Shown here: positions 36,061 to 48,100 of the stretch, in pieces
How positions within the stretch are numbered: position 1 is the stretch's first letter
Layout: each line of letters begins with the position of its first letter
Assembly (NCBI GenBank): GCA_043228905.1
Contig: JBHGNT010000020.1
Coordinates: 12,958,001 to 13,022,000, forward strand
From: Azolla caroliniana
Lineage: Eukaryota; Plantae; Polypodiophyta
Direction of reading: 5' to 3'
DNA: 64,000 nucleotides
The notes under the pieces: model-generated
The model's database searches: none
Told to the model about the DNA's origin: nothing
Seen by the model: only the letters and a program-made list of their open reading frames with translations
Program-made: the position numbers and the translations under genes

Positions 36061-37949
36061 CGAAGTGAGCTTCACATACATCGATTGGCGTTCCTTTGGG
36101 TTGTTTGGAGACTGTGGTCGTATGAGGGATGAGTGTGTGTATCTTTTCTCCATAACCCGCTCACAGGCCTCCATTGAGGCGCCGAAGGACGTCGTGCCAT
36201 GGTTGGATGTCGAGTTTGAGCAGATCTTCAAGTGTGAACTCTATTTCCTTGGCGAGTATAGGTTGTAGTTGGGGGTTGGCAGTCACGAAGCTGCCGGTGT
36301 AGCTCTGTACTTCGCATAATGTGAGTCGTAATTTTAAATTTAATATTTGTTGGAGCAGGACTATGTTGACTTCTTTGATTGGGGTAGATTGGGAGATGGG
36401 AGTATCGGTTGGTGTTACGACGAGGGGGGGTGTACCCGTGTGTTGGGGTGGAGGATTTAACCATTCTTCGAGTTGGTTGAAGTTTAGGCTCGGGAGACTA
36501 AGCGATCTTTTGCACGGTTCATGTCAGATGAGTTTGATGTACTCTTCGACCTTTTGTTTTTCAGCCACTGGGTTTGGGTATGCTGCTAGGTTTGCCGACG
36601 GCTCTTGGTTAGGGTTGACGGGTATTGTTTCTACGTCTCCCTCCGGTTCTTGTTCTTGCTTTGAGGCCTGCGTGGATGCATTTTTTTGGGATTTTTGTCT
36701 CTTATGCGTAGTCGTGGGGAGGCCTTGGTCTTGACACTTTAAGTTATGAGCTACTCTTTGAGCTCGTGTGATGACGTTGGCGCGAACCATTGATGGTACG
36801 ATAGATAACAGATTTGCGCCAATCCTTTTCTTTTTTTTAGGGCAATCGGGTACTAAGTGATCTTTACCACACCCTGGGCATGATGCTTCTCTTTGGAACC
36901 ATTCGATAAGGTCTTGTGACTGTTGGGTAAGACTTTGCACCCGTGGTTGTGGGGGTGTTTCGAGCACTAAGGGGTGTCGTGGTCGTTGTGCCATCTAGTT
37001 GTAGTATTCATGTTTGGTTGGGCACTCGCTAACCATGTGTGGGCCTTGGTAAATGAAACATTTCAATTCTGACCTCCTTAGACCACTATTGTTGTGGTAT
37101 CCCATCGACGACCCCTCAGTGTTACGGTGAAACAGAGTTAGACCAACGATTAATCAGACCTTAATCGGTTACTTAAGCCACATATCCTTAATCTTAATAC
37201 ACGCGTAAGATAGAAAGTAATTAGCACAGAATGGTAATCAATACACAGAGATAAGAAAATAGAGCTTTATTAATTATCCGTCATCATTTACAATGTAACC
37301 GGCCCTTTTTATAGATCACCGGCTCTGCCTACAAAACGGTGCCAACCGGCACATTAATATGAACCGGTCCGGATCCGTATCGGCATACCTATTTCGGTCC
37401 GTCCGTTCACTTCTCTAAAATCTACTTAATTACTTAATATCCTAATAACAACCTTCGATTATTCCTGCCCTTTCATATTCTGGACTGTCCTCCACTCCTT
37501 GCCGGCTGGCTAACACATGGCACGCCCGTGGGACAATACCTTGTACGTCGAATCCCACTATCCAGCCTTCAATCCTCGTCTAAAATGTCCAGAATACTCT
37601 GATCGAGTGGCTCTAAGGGTTCTTCAGAAGGCTGATCGGACTGCTGCTGCTGTTGTTACTCCTCCGGTTGCTGCTCCTCCTACGGCTGCTCCGTTGGCTA
37701 TTGCTGTGATTCCTGCTGCTGCGCGGTCTCCGGCTTTTCTGGGCGTTGCTCCTCCAATGGCTGCTGCGCAACTCTCAATGTCGGTGGTGTTACGACGCTT
37801 CCTCCCTTGGCTGCTCCTCCTGAGTTACATCCGGTTGGCTTGTCCTAGCCTTGGCTCTGTCCGTCCCTTGCTCTGACGATGGCTCTTCATCACTGAGATT
37901 GATTGTTGTCGTGCTCTTCGTCGCCTCTTGCCGTAGCCTCTCCTTTTCG

Positions 37950-40633
37950 TAACTTTCAAACTGGATTTGGTTATCTAGCCGATCATCGTCCAGTTATGCC
38001 ACTAGTTGCCGGACCACCGTTATTTGTTCATCAGCCAACGCTACGAAGTTCTCCGCCAATTCGTCTTTCACGGCAACAAAGTCTTCCTTTTCTGGTTTAT
38101 GGAACTCATCGCCTTCTTTCTGCCGGTTTTCCGCATCCGCCCTCAGCAACTGTAGCTCGGTAGCGTGCTTCGCCCATTTTGACCACCATAATACTGAGTT
38201 GTCTTCAATCAAACATTTCGTTTGATTCTTGCATGCATGTACAATGCACCGGATCCGCTCTAGCCCCATCTTTGATTTGTCTTCAGTGGCCTGTCGGTCA
38301 TCTTTCAACTGTTTGATCAGGTTTGCCGTTACCACCTCCTGGTCCTTGTAGCGCACCAGTTGATTCTGATACGTTGTCTGCAGTCTTTGTAAGACCATGG
38401 TAGCGCGTTCCGTTCCCCCCTGATGTTGCATCTAGAGTTCCGTGCGTTCCTTCGCCGCTTCAGCTCGTATGGTTCCTTCTCAGCCTGTTCTTCCGCTAGT
38501 GCCTTCTCCGCTCGTTGCACTTCATTCTGGAGCTTGAACATCTTCTCTTGCTGCCGATCACTGTCGGTGATGAGCTTCTTGTATTCTGACTCAACATGTT
38601 TATAATCCCTGTGCAGGCGGTCAAACTCTTCTGATTGATCTGGCGTCGAGCTCGGTCTTCCCTATCCTTTTGTTGCCAAAACTCTTCTTTGAGTCTCTTG
38701 ATCTCTGTTTCCGCCATCCTTCGGAGTTTATCCTTCTCTTGCAGCACTTTTTCTTTCTCTTCCTTAAGCTGGTCATAGGCTTGGTGTCCCTTCCGTAGAC
38801 TTTCTTCTACTCGTCGAAGATTGTCAGCAGTCTTCTGTTGTTCCTCCTCCGCATTTTTAATTCTCTTTCCCTGGCCCGTAATGCTTCCTGTGTGGCCAGG
38901 TCTTCTTTGAGAACAACAAGCTCTTGCACTTGCGCTGTAATTATATCCGGGTTTGTTCCCGGCACTAGGGTCGTATTATTATGTACAGTTGCTGGTGTTT
39001 CATTATTCTGTACATGTACCAGAGCCACTGGTTCCTGCTCCTGGGGTCCTGGGATGACCTTCTTAGCCAATTCTTCCTTGGCTATTTCCACTTCTCGTTC
39101 CAAGCTCCGGATCCTTGACCGAGCCTTCTCTAGTTCTCCGGTTGTGGCTAGCAACCGGTCCACTTGTGCTTTTTCCTCTGCCTCCATATAATGGACCACT
39201 CCGGCTATTTGCTCACCGATCCACTGCAGCCATTGGCTACCGGTGCCTTGTGGTTGTGTCAGCACAGAGGGTTGATCGATTTCTGTGCTTGCTAGTGTCC
39301 GATCTGGTCTGGTTGACATCTCTGGTTCTGGTTGGGTACCACTTGGCAATACCGGCTCTGGTTGTGCCTGAGTCGGCCGTTCTAGCTCTGGTTGGTCCTG
39401 CTATGCTGGTGATGTAGGCAATTGAATCACCGGCTCCTGAATCACGGGTCTTGTCATGCTCTGACCTGCCGGCGGAGCCTGCGGCGCAAGGACTTCTGTC
39501 ACCGGTTCTGTTTGAACCGGTTCCACTTCCACCCTTGGCTCTAGGCCCTCAGTGCAGGGTATCGGTGTCCTATCCTTTTCTAGACCCGATTGCTTCCCGG
39601 CATGGTCTACAGTGCTCTTCTTTTGGCGCCGCTGGAGGTGCTCGATGGGCTCCTCCGCCGTTTCCTCCTCCTGAGTCCCAAGATTGATTTTCATGGCCAA
39701 GGGATCTGGCTCCTGTTGACCCGGTCGACGAAATGTAATTTTTATTGGCCGTGCCGGTGTTGCCTCCCTCGTCTCCGCTTGGCTAGGCCACTCGTTCGCC
39801 GTTTTCTTAGTGTTAGCCTCCTTCCCCTTGGTTGCCTTAGTAGCCAATAACTGTTGCCGTTTCGAAGCCGGTTTGGAGGTTCCTTCGGCTGTTCTTCCTC
39901 ATTTCTTTGCCGTGTTGCGCTCCAGTGGTGGTGCTAACAGTGTGAGCCATTGCGCCATCGCCGACCATATTTTTCATCCATCCTTCCTTCTTACCGAGTC
40001 GATGGCCGCGCGCAGTCCGTCGGTGATCAGCACCAACCAATCCACCTGTATACCTTCATATGTGGCGATAATTAACCCGGCTCTGTTCCTAGGCATTGTT
40101 GGGGATCGAGGGTACACATGGCCATACTCGTGCAGTACACGACCAATCTCTCGAAATAAACCATCCTCGCCGCCCTGTGTGCGATATGCCTTGCGGGCCA
40201 GAGAATACTCACCGAAGTATTTCGTGAGCTGCTCCGGGGTAGGGTTGTCGACAGTGAAGATGCTGCCCTCGGGTAGGCCCGTCAAGGCACAGATGGCCTC
40301 CTCTATGATTACTTTTGTATCAATGGTTTTGACAACCCTTTCTGCCTCTTTGTGTGGTGGTGCCTCAATGATCCTCAAGAATCCTTCCAATCCGTGCTGC
40401 TTTAACCACTTCTTGGTTGCCTCTGAGAGCGTCATGCAGTCCATTTCTCCTTCATATTCAGTGGTTGTTGGTGAGGTAGATGCTTTAGGGGGCTCTGGGT
40501 GCTCGCGTCTGATTATCTTCAATCGACTGTGTGCGTTTGCAATTCTCTGTTCGCGAAATGAGAAGGCCTCCATGTGGTGTAGGTTTTCTTTCTGCATGTT
40601 CACACCTTTCTCGATTCTTGCGCATGCGAACAT
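37950..40633 (-). pseudogene. Extra ORF downstream of pol (globular N-terminus, P/E/T-rich linker, long coiled coil), fragmented
   Basis: Consecutive same-strand ORFs 39974..40633, 39401..39847, 38807..39349, 38496..38747, 38329..38541 and 37994..38431, with motif IIEEAICALTGLPEG and an E/K/Q/R-rich helical C-terminal half. Confidence 0.7.
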
Positions 40634-40824
40634 CGTGTACTATAATGGCAATGAACTGGCACGTGGCAACGATTTAATGCGCTATAAATAGCCCACTACT
40701 TGGCTTTTCAAAGTGCCCGTTCACCCCTCCTTTTCATTGCATGTGGCCGTTCGCTCCTCACCATCGCACAGTTTGGGTTTGATTTGATTTGATTTGATTG
40801 ATTGATTTATTTAATTCGATCTTG

Positions 40825-43800
40825 TTAATATGTATCCGGCCCAAACGGACCCTTCTCCAGATTGTGCTTGTCGATTGCATGACCGGTTGTCGTCTCGTCG
40901 TGCTTACCGGTGTCAACCTTTGTCTGCTCAAACGGGATCCTTGGCATGGGTCCATAGTATGGTTTGAGTCGAAACCCATTCACCCGTTTACCCATAACTT
41001 TGCCGGCGAGGGTCCCTAGTTGGTAAGAACCGTTGAACTCCCGTGTAATCCAATATGGTCCGGTCCACCGAAACCATAGCTTCCCCGACATCTTACGCAT
41101 ACGGGTCTGGAATACAAGTATTGGCTTGCCGATCCCGAACCTTTTTTCGTTACCTTTCCAGTGTCGATCGACTAATGGTTTCCCTCTCTATTGCTCTAGT
41201 TCCATGTGCATCAGGCTGGCGATCCGGTGTTCCTCCAGTTCGCATAGTGCTGCTAGCAAGATGGTTTCTGACTCCTTGTTCAGGCGTTCCCGAACTTGTA
41301 ACCGCAAGCTGGGAACCTGGAATTCGATCGGCATTACCGCTTCCAATCCGAATGCCAATTGGAAAGGCGTTGTCCAGATACTTGTCTTATATGTTGTCCG
41401 GTAGGCCCAAAGTGCACTATGCAGCTTTGTATCCCAATCCGTCTGGTTCTCATTGACGATTTTTCGGAGGATGTTTTGTAGTGTCTTATTTGTGGATTCG
41501 GCTAATCCGTTGGCTTGCGGATAATACGGAGTGCTTCTCTTGTGCACCACCGCATAGAATGTCGTCAAGCTCTCCACCACTTGTCCTAGGAAATGCCCTC
41601 CTTGGTCGCTGATTAGCTCGATCGGACATCCATACCAACACCAGATATATTCATATAAAAACTTTCTCGTGGATGCCGCGGTGTTGTCACGTAGTGCTTT
41701 GGCCTCCACCCACTTGGTGCAGTAGTCTGTAGTGGCAATCATGTATCGGTTGCTGGTTCTCATTGCTGGTGGTTTAAATGGGCCGACGAAGTCCAGCCCC
41801 CATTTTCGAAATGGTTCCAATGGTAGCATCGGCTAGTGAGGCATTCTTGCCTGTTCCGTTGGTTGGCCCATCCGTTGACACAAATCGCATTCTTTAGCAT
41901 ACCGGACGACGTCTTTTAATGTTGTTGGCCACCATAGGCCACTCTGCCATATTTTCCTTGCCGTAGTGTCCCCAGCATAATGCCCTCCGGCAACACCGCA
42001 GTGTGCTTCGCGCAGTATTTGGTCTTTTTCGTCGCTACACACCGCGCGCCACCATATGTCGTCCGCGCCTTTATGGTACAGTGTGTCCTATAGTTGACAG
42101 AAGTGTCGGCTTTGTACTGCTAATCTTTTCCGCTCATCTCTGTTCATCTCCTCTGGAGGTAATCCAGTGCTCAGGAATTGGTGCATGTTAGTGAGCCACT
42201 TGTCCTCCTCGGCGATCGTACCATTTGTTGTCGTTTCGGCTGTGACCCTAAACAAGTCTACATCCGGAAATTTGTCTGTGATACCATCATCGGTTTCTCC
42301 GGAGTCTAACCGGCTCAAATAATCCGCAACCACATGTTGTATGCCTGGCCAGTGAAATATCTCGAACTCAAATTCCTGTAATAATAGCGTCCACCGGGCC
42401 AGCTTACCCGTGAGTGATGCTTTCGAGACCAAGTAAAGTAGCGCCGAATGATCTACATGAAAGGAAAATTTCCTCCCCAACAGATAGTGTCGGAACTTAG
42501 TGAAGCTATAGATCATGCCCAAGGCTTCTCTTTCCGTTGTAGAGTAATTCTGTTCCGCCTGGGACAGCTTACGACTGGCATAATACACGGGCCAGTACCA
42601 CTTGGGTTCGGTAAGTTGCATTAATGCACTCCCTATTGTTATGTCGGACGCGTCTACGAATACGTGGAATTCCTTAGACCAATCCGGAGGTTGCACCACT
42701 GGTGCTTGTGATAGTAGTACTTTTAATGCCCGATAAGCCTCCTCTTCTGTGTCCATCCATTGAAACGGTGTCTAGTGCACCGTGGCATGCAATGGTGTGG
42801 CGAGGTCTGCTAGATACCAGAGCATCCGGCTATGCCACCGGATTTGTCCTAGGAACCGACTCCATGCTTTTGCCGTAGTGGGTGCCGGTGCCTCCAAAAT
42901 TGCTTTGACCTTGTCCGGGTCTACTGCAATACCGTCCTTGCTAATGATGTGGCCTAGTAGTGCACCGCTTGACACACCGAACACGCATTTTTCCGGGTTA
43001 AGGCTTAACCGGTAAACCCTACATTTCTCAAGACATAGTCGGAGGTATTGGAGGTGTTCCCCTTCTTGGTTGTACATGGCAAAATCGTCTAAGAACACCT
43101 GCATGAATGCTGGAATAAATTCTCCGAAAATCTCCATGATTATTCGTTGAAAGGTTGTCGGTGCCGTTTTAAGTTCGAACATCATGACTACGGCGACAAA
43201 TACTCCCCATTCGGTAACAAAAGCGGTTTTCTCCTGGTCATCGGGGTGCATCCGGATCTGATTGTAGCTGCTGAACCTGTCCAAGAAACTATAAACTTCG
43301 TGACCGGCTACTGCATCCAGAACTCCATCCTTAAAATAGACTAGGAAGGCGTCAATTACTGTTGCTGCATTTAATTTCTGGTAATCGACACATACCCAGA
43401 TTTTTCCGTTCTTTTTCGGTACGACGACTATCGGGCTCAGCCATGTCGCCTTTTTGACCAGTCGGATGAACCCTACTCATAACAATTTGTCGATCTCGTC
43501 CTTTACTTTTGCTGCATAGTTAGGATTCATCCAGTAGCGTTGTTGCACCACCGGCTTGGCATCCTTACTCAGATGTATTTGGTGTTGATACAACTGAGGA
43601 TCTAGCCCCTGCATGTCCTCATAAGACCACGCGAACACGTCCCGGAACTCCTTTAATAAGGTGATTGTTGCCGTCTTCCTTTCGAGAGTCATTTCTTTGG
43701 CGATGTGAAGCGGTCTTGCGTCTTCTGCGGTGCCTAGGTTTACCTCTTCTAGCTGGGAGGCTTTTACGCGTTGAGATACTGCCAATTCCTTCTCCAAAGC

Positions 43801-44218
43801 TTCCTGCGCTTGCTGTAACTCTCTAATGGCTTCTTTATCCGGTTCTTCACCGGCCTCCTCTAGTATTATGTATGGTACCACTGCTTCGGCGACATCAACT
43901 TCAAATAAGGGTACAATTTTTGTATTCTCCTGTAAGTATTGATCGACCTCCTCATCAGCCAATCCTTCAAGCATGTTGACACATTCCGCATACAACGGTG
44001 TCAGCTCCTTGCCAGTACTTGAACGTGGTTGTGTAGGTACCCGCACTTTCGCTTTGCCGCGCAAAGTGATTATGTTTTTCCACCAGTTTTGCTTGATGCG
44101 CGCTGTTTTTAACCATGGCCGGCCCAACAACAGTGGGTATGCTCATTGTGCATTGAGCTGGAGGACTACTGCCGAAATGCGGAATGCGTGACCTCCGATA
44201 GTCACTTCCAAATCTTGT
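40825..44218 (-). pseudogene. pol (protease C-terminus, RT, RNase H, integrase) of the Athila/Tat-like element
   Basis: LLGRPWL, YNQIRMHPDDQEKTAFVTEWG..VFLDDF, FHVFVDASD..NYSTTEREAL, AHCGVAGGH..CDLCQ, WGLDFVGP..ISDQG..YYPQANGLAE and WTGPY, with several stops. Confidence 0.93.
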
Positions 44219-45003
44219 TGTTGTGAAGAATTTCGGCCAGAGGCGGAAACCGGGAAATATTGGCTACATCGGCGGGGTGCACCATGTTTACTCACCCTCG
44301 TATAATTGTGTGAATAATAGGAGTTAAGTCGGGACGAAGAATCCCATGTAAATCGGGATTTATCCCACATTGTAACACATCCCTCTCCTTGTTCTATAAA
44401 AGGAAGGGATGGTCCCTTGTAGAAGGGTTGCCCATTTTTGCATTCGTAGGGTATACCGTTGGATTAAGAGACACCATCTCTTTCTCTTCCTCTTGTTTTA
44501 GGGTTTCGTTTCTTCTTCTTTCCTCTGCTTCTTCCTCTTCGTCGTTCTCTGCACCGAGCCGGGACTTCTAGTGTTTCTATTTGCTGCCTCGTCCCTTGTG
44601 CAAGACCCTGCTCAGCGCGACAAGCCCAAGAGCTCCCCGACCGGTGGCTTGGCAGTAGACGACTGTTGCAACCTGAGCTACTTAGGTCGGGCTCGATGCC
44701 GGTATTGTATCTTCATCTTGTAATATATGTGCAGAGGGTTCTGCGTATCGGTGTCTGTGTGGGTGTTTTGGCGTCCTCTTACCTCTATTTCTGTACATAA
44801 GGGCATGAGTTGGGTCGGCATTGTGTGTGTGTGTGAGTCGGTGTCAAGCGCGCACACTCTCTCCTCCTCTCTCTCTCTCTCTCTCTCCCTCGTTCGGTTG
44901 CTTTCGGAACGCGTCCGGAATCGTCTTCTCGGCTTCCCTTCTTCCCTCGTCCGAGACCCCCATGGTCCCGCCCTTCTACATGCGTGCACGTAATAACGCG
45001 ACA
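44219..45003 (+). mobile_element. Solo LTR related to the LTRs of element 5965-10892
   Basis: Termini TGTTGTGAAGA...CGCGACA. It shares blocks such as TGTGCAAGACCC..GCGCGAC.AGCCCAAGAGCTCCCCGA and CGAGACCCC..TGGTCCCGCCC. Removing it plus 4 bp restores the host frame GLI-x-DLEV. Confidence 0.9.
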
Positions 45004-45197
45004 TCTTATCAATCCGGTAGGTCTTACTGAACTTGTGTCTGCCATCCGGAGCCAAAACGGGCACGACTCCCAATCTTGGATTCCCAGGGTATTACAAGTT
45101 CGGAGGCTAATCATATTCATGCCAGATCCTCCGTCTATAGTCGTTCCGGGTAGCTCTTGTGCCTTGACGATGGTTGTGATAGTCGGACTGCAGGTGT

Positions 45198-48100
45198 TGT
45201 AAGGAATAGGCCCTTCTATCCACCTTCTTATCTCGGCCACAACCGATTAATCGCGGATCAATGGAGCAGAAAATAGGAAACACACGTAGAAACAAAACGA
45301 AGAAACGCGAGTACACAAGGATTAACGTGGAAAACCCTAAACGGGGAAAAACCACGGGAGTACAAGACTCCAAACAACACTATACAGAGAAGTATACAAT
45401 GACGAGCTCCAAGGCGACGACCTTGAGCTCGCTGTCCTCGCCACAGGCGGCGGAAATACACAGAGGCGTCTACCTCTTTCTCTTCGCGCTCTCTCTCTTT
45501 CTCTCTCACACGGCTGCTCTCTCTTCACTCCTCTAAAGTGGAAAAACAGAAAAATGAGAAGCAACAGAAAAACTGTTTGCCCTAAGTCATATTTATACTT
45601 ATATGACTTTGGGCTATTTACAACTATAGCCTCAGGGGGCTCGTAGCGAACATATTCACGGATATGTCCCTGCATCCGGATCGCTCTCCGGGTACATTCG
45701 TCATCCGGCACCGAAGCCGGGGTCTTCGTCATCCGGATCCGAAACCGAAACCGGGCTTGTCGGCATTCATCTCCGATATCCGACCATCCCATCCGAAAGG
45801 GACCGAAATCCCAACAAACTCCCCCTTCACTTCGGCATGGGATGTCTTTCCAATCCGATCCTCTTCCGGCATGCTTCCAGCTTGTCGGGTGTGAGCACCT
45901 TGGTCAGCATATCCGACCCGTTCTCGTCGGTGTGGATCTTCGTCAGCACGAACTCCTTGTCTTCTATCCTTTCCCGGATCCAGTGATATCTTCGCTGGAT
46001 GTGCTTCGTCCGGGAGTGATAGGCTGCGTTCTTCGCAAGGTGGATGGCACTCTGACTGTCGCAGTAGAGTCGGTACTCCTCTTGCCGGATACCGAGCTCT
46101 CTAATGAAGTCCTTCATCCATATTATTTCCTTGCCGGCTTCAACAGCCGCCATGTACTCCGCCTCCGTGGTTGACAACGCAACCGTCTTCTGCAGCCTCG
46201 ACTGCCACGAAACAGCTCCCCCTGCATACGTCATCACATACCCTGATGTGGACCGGCTGGTATCTGCATCAGCCGACATATCAGAATCAGTAAAGCCTTC
46301 GAGTTCGGGCTTACCGGAGCCGAATCGGAGGCACACGTTTGCCGTGCCCTTCAGGTATCGGAGTATCCACTTGACCGCGTTCCAGTGCTCTTTGCCGGGA
46401 TTGCTCATGTACCGGCTCACCACTCCGACTGCATATCCTATGTCCGGTCTCGTACACACCATGGCGTACATCAAGCTCCCGACGGCTGAGGCATACGGCA
46501 CTTCCATCATATCCTCCTTTTCAGCCTTTGTCTTGGGACTTTGCTTGCTGGTCAGCTTGCAGTTTGCCGGGAGGGTCGATCCGACCGGTCTTGCTTCCGA
46601 CATGTTGAACCGTTGAAGCACCTTTGTCACGTACTTCTCCTGTGACAGCCACAACTGCTTCTTCTTCCGGTCCCGGATGATGTGCATCCCTAGTATTTGC
46701 CTCGCCGGACCCAGGTCCTTCATTGAGAAGGTTCGGTGAAGAGCCTTCTTCAGCATCCGTATCTTGACCTGGTCCCGTCCGACGATCAACATGTCGTCCA
46801 CGTACAGGAGGAGTATTAGGAAGTCTCCTCCTTCAAACTTCTTCACAAACACGCAGTGGTCGGACTGCGTTTTGAGGTACCCTTCGTCGGTCATGAAGGA
46901 GTCGAACTTCCGGTACCATTGCCGGGGAGCCTGCTTCAGTCCGTAAAGGCTCTTCTTCAACCGGCATACCAGGTGCTCCTTCCCTTTCTTCTCGAATCCT
47001 TCCGGTTGCTGCATGTAGATTTCTTCTTCGAGGTCACCGTGAAGGAATGCTGTCTTCACGTCCATCTGTTCTACCTCGAGGTCCATGCTTGCCGCTATGC
47101 TCAGCACCGTCCGGATGGAGGTCATCTTCACTACCGGGGCAAATATCTCGTCGAAGTCGACGCCCTTCTTTTGCTGAAACCCCTTCACCACGATCCTGGC
47201 TTTGTATCTCGGGGGGTTTCCGGCATCTCCCGGTTTCAGCTTGAACACCCACTTGTTTCGAAGTGCCCGCTTTCCCTTCGGCAACTCCACAAGTTCATAT
47301 GTGTGGTTCTCATGCAGGGAATCCATCTCGTCCTGCATGGCACTCAACCACCTGCGGCTCTGGGTGTCATGCTTCGCTTCTTCAAAGCTCTCCGGCTCCC
47401 CCTCGTCGGTTAGCAGCACGTGCTCTGGTTCCGGAAATCTCCGGGGGGCCCTTCTCTCTCTTAGAGGATATCTCCGTTCCGGAGCTTCGGTAACCGGTTC
47501 TTCCGATTCTTCTTCATCCGAGACCATTTCGGGATCGGGGCCGGTTCCGGTATCATTTTCATCTTCTTCGGCCGGTTCCTCGAGTGCTAACCGGTCCCTT
47601 GCCGGTCGGGACTGCTCCTCGTAGAGTTGATCCTCACCGGTCGACTTGGAGCTCTTCATCTTCTTCTCCGACTCCCAGTCGGCGAGCGTCTTGTTCTCCA
47701 TGAAGATGATATCACGACTCCGGAATATCTTCTTGTCGACCGGGTCCCATACTCGGTAGCCGAACTCGTCGTCGCCGTAACCGAGGAATATGCATGGCCG
47801 GGTCTTCGGATCTACCTTTCCTCTCCGGTCCTTTGCCACATGCACGTATGCGAGACACCCGAACACCTTCAGATGCCGGTAGGACACTTCCTTACCCGTC
47901 CACACTTTCTGCGGCGTGTCTCCGTCCAAAGGTACTGAGGGTGATCTGTTTATCACGTATGTCGCCGTCGACATTGCCTCAGCCCAAAACCCCTTGGGTA
48001 ATTTCGCATGCGCCAGCATACTCCGGACCCGCTCCATTATGGTCCGGTTCATCCTCTCGGCCAGCCCGTTCAGTTCCGGCGTCTTCGGCACAGTAAACTC

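Noticed and set aside
39810-40691. 293-aa plus-strand ORF
   Set aside because: It is the antisense shadow of the extra ORF, has no recognisable motif and does not start with ATG.
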